A stretch of DNA of 49,280 nt from contig CACWLT010000001.1 of assembly GCA_902761695.1 (NCBI GenBank), positions 1 through 49,280 on the forward strand. The letters are read 5' to 3'. This document shows, in pieces, positions 10,157 to 17,597 of this stretch. A program made the translations under genes and the position numbers. Numbering within the stretch: the first letter of the stretch is position 1; each line of letters starts with the position of its first letter. Under the pieces are notes generated by a model. That model made no database searches. It saw only the letters and a program-made list of their open reading frames with translations, and was not told where the DNA came from. Source of the stretch: an uncultured Ruminococcus sp. Its GTDB lineage: Bacteria; Bacillota; Clostridia; Oscillospirales; CAG-272.

Positions 10157-10380
10157 ATGCCCCTGCGCGGGGCAGGCGGCACAGGGGACACCCGTCCCGC
10201 GCAGGGACATATAATCCAGAAACCCGTAGGGTTTCCTTCCTTAATTCTGCCGACCGCAGTCGGCGTTCCCCTTTTCCTGAAGTTCTGCCTGAACTTCACC
10301 CTTCTCCGACGGAGCAGGAATGCTCCGTCGAGCAGTTTATAGCTGTTTGTTATACAGGCTATTATAAAAACGCGCGGGGG
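10157..10380 (-). repeat. Hairpin-rich element, copy D, inside the mcsB-clpC intergenic spacer
   Basis: Minus-strand 3' part ..CTGGATTATATGTCC..GGTGTCCCCTGTGCCGCCTGCCCCGCGCAGGGGCATTATTCC matches copies A/B/C (CAGGATTATGCTCC..GGTGTCCCTCCCCCGCGCCTGCCCCGCGTAGGGGCAT in B; CATTATTCC in A). The 5' part matches copy E. It runs straight into the clpC RBS (GGAAGGAG) and lacks the terminal hairpin and palindrome. Confidence 0.55.
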
Positions 10381-10507
10381 AGAGCCCTGTCCGAGACAGA
10401 GAACTCTTCCCCGCTTCCGTCCTGCGGAACAGCCTTATCCTATTTCGATCGCTCAATCCTTATTATAAACCGTCCCGGGCTGTTCCATGCCGATGTCGTC
10501 CTTTTTT

Positions 10508-11524
10508 TTATCTGCCGCCGTGCAGGCCTGCCGCGCTGAGAATGTCGCGGACGCGGACCGCTCTGGCCTTATCCGGATCCGCAGAGGCGTCTTTGCCCTC
10601 CACCGCCGCCAGGGTATGGGGCAGGCAGGTGAACATAGCCTCGTCCACCAGCGGAACCGCGATGTCCGCCAGATTCATCGCCGCCGCCATGCGCATCCGG
10701 GAGTAGAGGGAACAGAGCTCGCCGGCCCCCACTCTTCCCGCGTACATGAGCATTCCGTACCGGCGGCAGGCTTCCTCGCTCAGCTCCGCCCGTTCATCCT
10801 CGGTGAGAGCATCGCGGTATTCGCGCTCCTTCGCCGTCAGACGCTCGGCGGCCTCGGTGACGGTCTTGGCCAGCTCCTCCTCCGTCATGCCCATGGTCTC
10901 CCGGTTGGCGATGACATAGAGGCCGGTGTTAACCCGCCCGCCGTCCAGGGAACGGATGGAGATGCCCTCCTTCGCCATGCGGAACGCCGCCCGGTTGAGC
11001 CATCCGGATTCGCCGCAGAGGGGCAGATGCAGGGTCGCGCTGACCCGCAGGCCGGTGCCCAGCAGCTCCGGATTTCTGGTCACATACCCGATCTGATCCG
11101 CGTAGGCCACCGGGAAAGCCTCATCCAGCAGGGTCTCCGCCGCGAAGGCCTTCTCCAGCGCCGCCGGAAGATCGTTGCCCGGGGCCACGGCCTCGATCCG
11201 CACGTGATCGGTCCCGCCCACGGTCACCGCCACCGAGAAGTCCTCGTTCTGGAACACGGCGGCGGGATTCTTCTTCTCCGCAGTCTCCCGGGAGATGATC
11301 CGCTGCTCGGTCAGGGCCAGCTTCTGTTCCTCCCCGGCCTCCGTCAGATCCGTCATGGTCCAGCCGTTCTCCGCCCGGTAGACGGTCTTTATCTTTTCGA
11401 TAAGCTCTTTCGCCTGCTCCGCGGTCATTTTATCGGTAAAGGGATAATCCTCGAGATTTCTTGAGAGCGCCGCCCGCGCATTCAGCACAACGTCTCCGTC
11501 GCGTCCTTCAGTCTTGTACCACAT
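10508..11524 (-). CDS. mcsB: protein arginine kinase McsB (ATP:guanido phosphotransferase)
   Basis: ORF 10508..11575. ATG 11524 follows AAGGAG and clears the mcsA stop at 11572. N-terminus MWYKTEGRDGDVVLNARAALSRNLEDYPF. Operon position is between mcsA and clpC. Confidence 0.9.
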   Translation of the reverse strand: MWYKTEGRDGDVVLNARAALSRNLEDYPFTDKMTAEQAKELIEKIKTVYRAENGWTMTDLTEAGEEQKLALTEQRIISRETAEKKNPAAVFQNEDFSVAVTVGGTDHVRIEAVAPGNDLPAALEKAFAAETLLDEAFPVAYADQIGYVTRNPELLGTGLRVSATLHLPLCGESGWLNRAAFRMAKEGISIRSLDGGRVNTGLYVIANRETMGMTEEELAKTVTEAAERLTAKEREYRDALTEDERAELSEEACRRYGMLMYAGRVGAGELCSLYSRMRMAAAMNLADIAVPLVDEAMFTCLPHTLAAVEGKDASADPDKARAVRVRDILSAAGLHGGR

Positions 11525-11571
11525 AGTCTGCTCCTTTCGATTCTCCGTCCGTTTCACACTGTCCGCTCCGG

Positions 11572-12273
11572 TCATTCTGCCTGATCGCCGGCGGGCTTGT
11601 CTTCCTCATGCTTTTCTTCCGCTTCAACGGGTGCTTCGGCGGGGGCCTCCGTCTTTTCCGCCGCAGATCCCTCGATCACCGCCGACGCCTGCCGTTCCGC
11701 CTCTTCCTCGGCGCGGAGCTTCTTCAGCTCGTCCCGGATGGCGGCCGCCTTCTCAAAGTCCTCGTTGTTCACGGCCTCCCGCTGCTCCTCGATGAGGGCC
11801 TCCATGCGGCGCTTCCTCTCGATGCGGCTGCGGTACCGCGCGGGAGCCCGTCCCGTGTGAACCGCCTTTCCGTGAACCCGGCTCACCGTGGGCGCCAGCT
11901 CCTCGGCGAAGGTCTCGAAGCACTTCGGGCATCCCGCGCCTCTGGTGGCGAAATCCCGCAGGGTCGCGCCGCAGCCCGGGCAGGTCTTCTCATCCTTCTT
12001 TTCCCGTCCGGATCCGGAGCCCAGCGCCCGGTCCGTTCCGAAGAAGCCGTTCAGAAGGCCGTTCAGTGTCTTCATGGGCCTCTGCAGGAAGGGCTCGTCG
12101 AAGAAGGAGTCAAAATCGTCGAAGAACCGGTCCATCCGGAAGGAGGGCAGCTCGTCCGCCTCCTCCATCTTCTTGGCGCAGTCGGCACAGAGCCGATAGG
12201 TTTTCGTCCTTCCGTTCACGTTTTCGTGATAGTAGTAGGTCGCTTCATTCTTTCCGCATTTTTCGCACAGCAT
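11572..12273 (-). CDS. mcsA: McsA, zinc-finger activator of McsB (UvrB/UvrC-motif protein)
   Basis: MLCEKCGKNEATYYYHENVNGRTKTYRLCADCA plus a second CxxC pair (CPGCG...CPKC) and a C-terminal UVR-like motif (FEKAAAIRDELKKL). RBS GGAGGA. Confidence 0.9.
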   Translation of the reverse strand: MLCEKCGKNEATYYYHENVNGRTKTYRLCADCAKKMEEADELPSFRMDRFFDDFDSFFDEPFLQRPMKTLNGLLNGFFGTDRALGSGSGREKKDEKTCPGCGATLRDFATRGAGCPKCFETFAEELAPTVSRVHGKAVHTGRAPARYRSRIERKRRMEALIEEQREAVNNEDFEKAAAIRDELKKLRAEEEAERQASAVIEGSAAEKTEAPAEAPVEAEEKHEEDKPAGDQAE

Positions 12274-12462
12274 GTCCGTATCCTCCGATTATTGCTCCGC
12301 CAACTAACAAACAGTTGACTTAATTGGTATGCTTTCTCAATAAGGCAGTACCGTATTTGGTTCCGGCGGCTGATCCCCGGCAGCATAACTCTTGGTTTGC
12401 TGTCACAGTAATAATGTCTGTTGTTATCCGCAGTATATGCCGCTTTGTCCCCGCTTATGCCG

Positions 12463-12915
12463 TCACATCATGTAAATCATCAGCATCCGCCGGAACATGT
12501 CCGCACGGAGCGCGTCTCGCTTTTCCGCCGGGCAGGCGTCCAGGGCGGCCTCCGACATGGCCTGCATGGCCAGCTTGCCTTCCCGCTCCGTCATGATCCC
12601 GTGATCCGTGAGATTGCGCAGGTAGGCCGCCGCATCCGCCTCGCCGAGCCCCTTGCCCACCGCCTGGAAGAAGTGCATCAGATACTTGCTCCGGCTCATC
12701 TGCACCCGGACGATCCGGATACAGCCGCCGCCGCCCCGCCTGGAGTCCGTGACGTAGCCGCGCTCCGGGGTGAAGCGGGAGGTGATGACGTAGCTGATCT
12801 GGGAGGGAACGCATCCCAGCTTCTGGGCCATGTCGTTCCGCCGGACCTCAGCGCGTCCGCCGCCCTCCTCCAGCATTTTTTCGATCATGGCGGCTATGTG
12901 ATCTGATAGAACCAT
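12463..12915 (-). CDS. ctsR: CtsR, class III stress-gene repressor
   Basis: ORF 12463..12996. ATG 12915 follows GGAGGG. MVLSDHIAAMIEKMLEE...AQKLGCVPSQISYVITSRFTPERGYVTDSRRGGGGCIRIV is the CtsR signature. Confidence 0.9.
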   Translation of the reverse strand: MVLSDHIAAMIEKMLEEGGGRAEVRRNDMAQKLGCVPSQISYVITSRFTPERGYVTDSRRGGGGCIRIVRVQMSRSKYLMHFFQAVGKGLGEADAAAYLRNLTDHGIMTEREGKLAMQAMSEAALDACPAEKRDALRADMFRRMLMIYMM

Positions 12916-12953
12916 ACCGCCCTCCTTCCTGAAGGACAGCCTGTCTTTTTGAC

Positions 12954-12970
12954 TTTGACTTTCTTTGTCC
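12954..12970 (-). promoter_or_regulatory. CtsR operator (near-consensus tandem heptad) downstream of the ctsR promoter
   Basis: Minus strand reads GGACAAA-GAA-AGTCAAA, against the published consensus RGTCAAA-NAN-RGTCAAA (one mismatch). A further GTCAAA follows (12953..12948). It lies 15-35 nt downstream of the -10 box. Confidence 0.6.
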
Positions 12971-12984
12971 TTCGCTGTGCCCTT

Positions 12985-13013
12985 ATTATAGTCCAAAGGT
13001 CAGGCAAAGTCAA
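12985..13013 (-). promoter_or_regulatory. sigmaA promoter of the ctsR-mcsA-mcsB-clpC operon
   Basis: Minus strand: -35 TTGACT (13013..13008), exact 17-nt spacer, -10 TATAAT (12990..12985). Confidence 0.7.
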
Positions 13014-13030
13014 AGTCAAAGAAAGTCAAA
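13014..13030 (+). promoter_or_regulatory. CtsR operator (exact consensus), abutting the -35 box
   Basis: Plus strand AGTCAAA-GAA-AGTCAAA (13014-13030) fits RGTCAAA-NAN-RGTCAAA exactly. An extra GTCAAA at 13009-13014 overlaps the -35. It is in inverted orientation relative to the 12954-12970 site. Confidence 0.65.
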
Positions 13031-13133
13031 TATCAGTCATAAAACCGGATCAGCACGATTTACATGGTTATTTCCTCGCTTTATCTCACGTATTCTCGCT
13101 TTTTCAAGTTCTTTTTCGCGGGGGAGAACCGGA

Positions 13134-13640
13134 TCAGCAGTCCCCCGCCGCATTGTTGTACGCCTCCGCCAGAGCCCGCCATGTCTTCCGGTCCGCCCGT
13201 CCGGTCACGTCCAGCCCCGCCGTCCGCTGAAACGCCGCCACCGCCCGCTCCGTCGTCTCCCCGTACCTGCCGTCCGCAGGGACCTCCGGGAGGGGATACT
13301 CCCCCGCCAGCTCCCGGAGAACCGCCTGAAGCAGAAGGACCCCGTCCCCCTCGTCCCCGGGACACAGGGAGAGCTCCCGGACCGCCAGATAAACCGGCGC
13401 GCGCTTCTCCTCCTCCTCCGCGCAGCAGGCCGCCACGGCATCCCAGGTCTCCCGACCGCAGATCCCGGTCACCGGCAGGCAGCGCTTCTCCTGAAAGAGC
13501 CGCACCGCCCGCTCCGTCGCTTCGTTCCACGCGCCGCACACCGGGACCTCCAGCTCCGGGATCCCCCAGGCCGCCCCCAGTCTGCAGAGCATCCGCTGCA
13601 GGAGAATAATCCGCTCCCGCTCATCCGTCAGATCCGCCAT
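13134..13640 (-). CDS. peptidoglycan-binding (PG_binding_1 repeat) protein
   Basis: ORF 13134..13805. ATG 13640 lies just after the upstream stop (13642). Two repeats of the A-V-x-x-F-Q-x-x-x-G-L-x-V-T-G-x-x-x-x-x-T-W type (AVRLFQEKRCLPVTGICGRETW, AVAAFQRTAGLDVTGRADRKTW). Confidence 0.7.
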   Translation of the reverse strand: MADLTDERERIILLQRMLCRLGAAWGIPELEVPVCGAWNEATERAVRLFQEKRCLPVTGICGRETWDAVAACCAEEEEKRAPVYLAVRELSLCPGDEGDGVLLLQAVLRELAGEYPLPEVPADGRYGETTERAVAAFQRTAGLDVTGRADRKTWRALAEAYNNAAGDC

Positions 13641-13641
13641 G

Positions 13642-15081
13642 TCAGGCCCTCCCCTCCGTGTTCGCTCCACCGGACCGCGCCGTGCCCAGAACGCCGCCGA
13701 ACTGTCCCTCAGCACCGTACCGTCCTTCCTCCAAAGCCCGGTACGCGTCGGACAGGGAGGCCCAGGTGTAGGACGCCACCGCCCCCGTGGGATCCAGCCC
13801 GGCAATCCTCTGCCAGATCCGCACCGCCTCCGCCGTCCGCACGCCGTAGATCCCGTCCTCCGTCAGCCGCGGGATGGCCCCTGAGACTGCCCCGATCCGG
13901 TTGAGCCAGGATTGCACCAGCCGCACGTCCTCCCCCCGGCTCCCCGTTCGGAGGGGCGTCCCGGGATAGGGCTTCGTGTACACCGGGAAATAGTTCTCCG
14001 GCAGGGAGTCCCGATAGATCATGTACCGCCGGTAAAGCAGCTCCCAGGTTGCCCGGTCCACGATCCCCGTCGCCGCCAGTCCCGCGTCCCGCTGAAAGTC
14101 CTCCACCGCGCCCCGGGTGACAGGGCCGAAAATCCCGTCCGTCTCCACGGGCCGCACCGTCTCGTCGAAGCGGGAAATAAAGGAGAGGAAATACTGCAGC
14201 TCCTTGACCTCGTTGCCCCGCAGTCCCTCGTAAAGCCGATCGCCGAAGAGCAGCGTCACGTCCTCCGGCGGGACCCCCTCCGCGTTCAGGTCGGACAGCC
14301 GCTTCACCGCCGCGTAGATCCGGGCAATGGCATACCAGGTCCCCCTGTCCACCTCCCCGTCGGGCTCCAGGCCGAACTGCTTCTGGAAGGCCTCCACCGC
14401 GTCCGCCGTCTCCGCCGAATAGACGCCGTCCAGCCGGGAGATCTTCGGGATGCCGGGGTAGTTCTTGGAGATCCGGTTCAGCCGGGCCTGGATGAGGTAA
14501 ACGTCGTCCCCGAAGCTCTCCGGGCGCAGCGGTTCCCCGGGATAGCTCTCCCGCACCCCCTCCACCGGCACGTCGGACACGATCTCGATATTGTCCCCGT
14601 AATAATACTGAAGGATTTCAAGGGGCGTCAGTCCTGCCCGGGCCAGCTCCACGGATCCCCACTGGGACAGCCCGCCGCACTGCACCTCGATGCCGTCGCA
14701 GTACAGGGCGAAGAGGGGCTGCACCTCCCCCCGCCGCCGGATATAGGAATTGAAGACCCCGTCCACCAGCCGGGAGACGTTCTCGAAGATGTCCCGCCCG
14801 TAGACAAAGGACTGGTCGATGGAGGTGGAGGCGGTCAGGTCGAAATCGTACCCCCGGCTGGGATAGTACTCCGTGTAGATCCGGTTCAGGGCGAAGCTGA
14901 TCTGGGCGTAGATATTGGCCAGCAGAGCGCTCTCCGGCCAGGTGGGATAGATTTCACTGGAGGCCACGTTCTTGATGTAATCCGCAAACGGCACCGTCAC
15001 GTTCCGCGCATCCGTCTCCGGCCGCCCCAGATGCACCGTCACGACCTCGGGGATCACCGGAACCCTCACGCCCGCGTTCAT
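13642..15081 (-). CDS. peptidoglycan-binding domain protein (N-terminal SpoIID-like/unknown domain + three PG_binding_1 repeats)
   Basis: 479 aa. Repeats AVEAFQKQFGLEPDGEVDRGTW, AVEDFQRDAGLAATGIVDRATW and AVRIWQRIAGLDPTGAVASYTW. ATGA start/stop overlap with the upstream gene at 15078-15081. Confidence 0.7.
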   Translation of the reverse strand: MNAGVRVPVIPEVVTVHLGRPETDARNVTVPFADYIKNVASSEIYPTWPESALLANIYAQISFALNRIYTEYYPSRGYDFDLTASTSIDQSFVYGRDIFENVSRLVDGVFNSYIRRRGEVQPLFALYCDGIEVQCGGLSQWGSVELARAGLTPLEILQYYYGDNIEIVSDVPVEGVRESYPGEPLRPESFGDDVYLIQARLNRISKNYPGIPKISRLDGVYSAETADAVEAFQKQFGLEPDGEVDRGTWYAIARIYAAVKRLSDLNAEGVPPEDVTLLFGDRLYEGLRGNEVKELQYFLSFISRFDETVRPVETDGIFGPVTRGAVEDFQRDAGLAATGIVDRATWELLYRRYMIYRDSLPENYFPVYTKPYPGTPLRTGSRGEDVRLVQSWLNRIGAVSGAIPRLTEDGIYGVRTAEAVRIWQRIAGLDPTGAVASYTWASLSDAYRALEEGRYGAEGQFGGVLGTARSGGANTEGRA

Positions 15082-15575
15082 GCCTCCCCTCCTTCCTCCC
15101 CGGCTGTTCCCGTGACAACGCCGCCGGACAATATGCCGTTTTTGCTGCCCACGTCCTCCCGGTTCAGTCCCCCCGGCTCCAGGGATTCCGTTCCCGGCGT
15201 CTCGTAAATCAGCACCTGATTCCCCGCGAACTCCCCGGCCAGTGCGCCAATGGGCTGCAGGTCCACCGTCTGCAGGGAGACCACCCCGGCAAAAACCGGC
15301 ACTCCCGCCGCCTCCACGGGATAGTACCCCGCCTTCCGGACCCGCACGGCGTACACGGCTCCCGGACTCTCATCCCCCGGCGAGGCGGAGTCAGATGCGG
15401 GCGGCGTTCTCAGCCCCACCGTCTCCGTCAGCCCGTCCCGGCCCGTGAGCAGGATCCGGATCACATCCCCCTCCGTCCCCGGCTCGTATTCGGATATGGT
15501 CACAAAGGCCCCCGCCACCGGGATCGTCCCGTTCACCTCCGTCACGAACACCCGCAGCCATCCCGTTTCCTCCAT
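15078..15575 (-). CDS. carboxypeptidase-regulatory-like (Ig-like beta-sandwich) domain protein
   Basis: 165 aa with RBS GGGAGG. LRVFVTEVNGTIPVAGAFVTI....GRDGLTE...YAVRVRKAGYYP pattern. First gene of a translationally coupled trio. Confidence 0.55.
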   Translation of the reverse strand: MEETGWLRVFVTEVNGTIPVAGAFVTISEYEPGTEGDVIRILLTGRDGLTETVGLRTPPASDSASPGDESPGAVYAVRVRKAGYYPVEAAGVPVFAGVVSLQTVDLQPIGALAGEFAGNQVLIYETPGTESLEPGGLNREDVGSKNGILSGGVVTGTAGEEGGEA

Positions 15576-15671
15576 CTGAAAACCTCCCGCAAAAGCTCTT
15601 CTCCGCCAGTGTATGCGCGTGTAAGGGATTTGTGCGCGGCGCGGCGGATTTTTCCGGCATTTCTCACGCAG

Positions 15672-15709
15672 AAAAAGCTCCCATGCGTAAAGCGCGCATA
15701 AGAGCTTTT
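15672..15709 (-). terminator. Rho-independent terminator after the Asp-box hydrolase gene
   Basis: Minus strand AAAGCTC-TT-ATGCG-CGCTTTA-CGCAT-GG-GAGCTTT followed by TTTTCTG. Confidence 0.55.
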
Positions 15710-15773
15710 GCTGATTGTCCGGTTCGGCCCGGAAGGTTCAGCTTGTCAGACGGCTGCCGTCAGACGGACCCTG

Positions 15774-17093
15774 TCAGGTCATGGCGGAGCCCAAGGCGTA
15801 GAGGTCGGCTTCCCGGAGGGTGATCTCCATCCGTCCGCTTTTTCCGGCCAGGCCGTCGACGTGCAGGGGGCGGGAGAGATCGTTGCCGTAGATCTCGTCG
15901 GAGGCAAACAGCTCGCCGCCGTCGGAATCGGCAATCCGCACCTTTACGCATCCGTAGGCAGAGGTGGAGAAATTCAGGAAAATGTCGTCTCTCTCGAAAT
16001 GAAGCGTCTTCGTCCGAAGCACACCGCCCTGCCCGTCCGCCCAGAGAGACATGAAGCGGAAGCGCGGCACGGCGTAGGCGAAGATCCCGTCGTCGTCCCA
16101 CATGTAGTTCTGCTCCGCATAGAAGAGGAAGCGGTCCCCGCGCGGAATGATCCCGCCGAGGGGGATGAAGCACCGCTGGGTCCATTCGTGGCTGTACAGC
16201 CCGCCCCGGATGAACGCGTCCCTCACCGGCCTGTCCCAGATATGGCCGTCCCGGGACGTCATGAGCAGCATGTCCGATACGCCGGGGCCGGTCTTGTAGT
16301 CCGGGAGCAGCGTCCGGGTCTCCATGAACCGCATCGGCATGGAGATCAGCATGTGCTCCGCGCCCGGGATCGGTCTGGCCGCGTTGGTGTAGAGGTGCTC
16401 GCAGATGCCGACGCCGGGGTACTCGTTCGGAATCGTCGGTCCCCAGTGGAGGAAGTCCTTCGATTCCGCCGAGGAGATGCACCGCCAGCCCGAATAACCC
16501 TCGTCCGACCACGTGCGGAAGTAGGCGCGGTATACGCCGGCCTCCGTGTCGTAAAAGGCCATGTTCATGGAGTCGAAGACGCCGTCCGTAATGACCGGTC
16601 CCTCCGCCATGAGGGTCCAGTCGATGCCGTCGGGGGAGGACCAGGCGCGGAGTCCGCCGGTGGACAGAAGCCCGCCGATGGCCTTGAAGCGCTCCCCGGG
16701 CCTGCAGGCCGGATTGGTGTCGAGGAAGGGGGCGAAGTTGTGGCAGTTGATGTCCATCCGGACAATGTTGTTCTCCCGGATGCCGTCGTAGTCGATCCGG
16801 TTGACCGCCGCCCGCTCGAAACGCACGCCGTCCTCGCTGAGTGCCAGGCAGGAGGTCTGCTTTTCGTCGTAATCGCTCCTGTCGTCTCCCGGAAATCCCC
16901 GGTAATAGAGCATAACCCTTCCCCCGTCGTCGATGACGGAGAGACCGAGTGAGCCCTCCTTCTCCCAGGGCCTGTCGAAGGGGAGAACCATCCCCAGCTT
17001 CTCCGGCTTTTCATACCGGAAGTGGAGCCCGTCCATGCTGTCGATGAGGTACCTGTCGGTCAGAAGCTCGACCCGTTTCCCGAAGTTGATCAT
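15774..17093 (-). CDS. Asp-box (BNR-like) beta-propeller protein, probable glycoside hydrolase of uncertain family
   Basis: 439 aa. Repeated S-x-D-G-x-x-W/F motifs (SEDGVRF, SPDGIDW, SRDGHIW). No signal peptide. ATGA overlap with the upstream small lipoprotein ORF (17090-17093). Confidence 0.6.
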   Translation of the reverse strand: MINFGKRVELLTDRYLIDSMDGLHFRYEKPEKLGMVLPFDRPWEKEGSLGLSVIDDGGRVMLYYRGFPGDDRSDYDEKQTSCLALSEDGVRFERAAVNRIDYDGIRENNIVRMDINCHNFAPFLDTNPACRPGERFKAIGGLLSTGGLRAWSSPDGIDWTLMAEGPVITDGVFDSMNMAFYDTEAGVYRAYFRTWSDEGYSGWRCISSAESKDFLHWGPTIPNEYPGVGICEHLYTNAARPIPGAEHMLISMPMRFMETRTLLPDYKTGPGVSDMLLMTSRDGHIWDRPVRDAFIRGGLYSHEWTQRCFIPLGGIIPRGDRFLFYAEQNYMWDDDGIFAYAVPRFRFMSLWADGQGGVLRTKTLHFERDDIFLNFSTSAYGCVKVRIADSDGGELFASDEIYGNDLSRPLHVDGLAGKSGRMEITLREADLYALGSAMT

Positions 17094-17536
17094 GTTTCCA
17101 GCCCCTTTAAAGTTTCAATGAGTTTTGCCATTTTCTTGGTGTACACCTTCAGGGATTTCTCCCAGGTGGACGCGTAGTTTTTGTTGGCGATGGTGTTGAT
17201 GATGTCGCCCACGTCGCGGCTGAAGATGTAGTTGTTGTATTCCTCCAGCCAGAGGTTCCGCTCGTAGACGGCGTCGTCCACCACGTCCCCGGTCTGTTCG
17301 GCCGCATAGAAATCCTGCCACTGCTCGCAGGCCGCGAGAACATTGAAATCGACGCCGCCGAAATCCTCTTTCGGGACCGGTGGGGCGGTTTCGGCCTCCG
17401 TCTCCTCCTCCGCGGCGGGAGCGGAAGGGGTGAGGGCGGCGGACGTCTCTTCCGGCGGGCTGTCCGTTCCCGCACCGCAGGCAGCCAGAGAGAACAGAAT
17501 CGAAAGGGTCAGCAGAACAGCAAGCAGCTTCTTCAT
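17090..17536 (-). CDS. 148-aa lipoprotein derived from an internally deleted solute-binding-protein paralog (possible pseudogene remnant)
   Basis: The signal peptide + lipobox MKKLLAVLLTLSILFSLAAC is identical to that of the SBP at 17598..19067. N-terminal (DFGGVDFNVL..TGDVVDDAVYERN) and C-terminal (NYASTWEKSLKVYTKKMAKLIETL) pieces match the ends of that SBP. About 340 aa of the middle are missing. Confidence 0.6.
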   Translation of the reverse strand: MKKLLAVLLTLSILFSLAACGAGTDSPPEETSAALTPSAPAAEEETEAETAPPVPKEDFGGVDFNVLAACEQWQDFYAAEQTGDVVDDAVYERNLWLEEYNNYIFSRDVGDIINTIANKNYASTWEKSLKVYTKKMAKLIETLKGLET

Positions 17537-17597
17537 GAGTTCTTCTCCCTTCTGATCAGGTATCTGAGGCCTTCGGCTTAGAGGGGCATCCGTGCGG

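Noticed and set aside
10355-10475. TATAAT-like hexamers on the operon strand inside the mcsB-clpC spacer (complement of 10361-10366 and 10462-10467), considered as internal clpC promoters
   Set aside because: No acceptable -35 lies at 16-18 nt (CAGGGC and GCATGG). One hexamer sits almost at the mcsB stop. It cannot be called from sequence alone.
13043-13139. 13-nt direct repeat AACCGGATCAGCA at 13043-13055 and 13127-13139, flanking the intergenic region upstream of the ctsR promoter
   Set aside because: There are only two short copies, and one overlaps the stop codon of the PG-binding gene. No associated structure or mobile-element features are present. Noted but not interpretable.
17537-17597. 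Hairpin CTGAGGCC-TTCG-GCTTAGAG between the two SBP genes, sharing words (GCCTTCGGC, CTGAG) with the invariant loop of the repeat element
   Set aside because: The word order differs and the flanking homology is absent. It is probably a coincidental GC-rich tetraloop hairpin.
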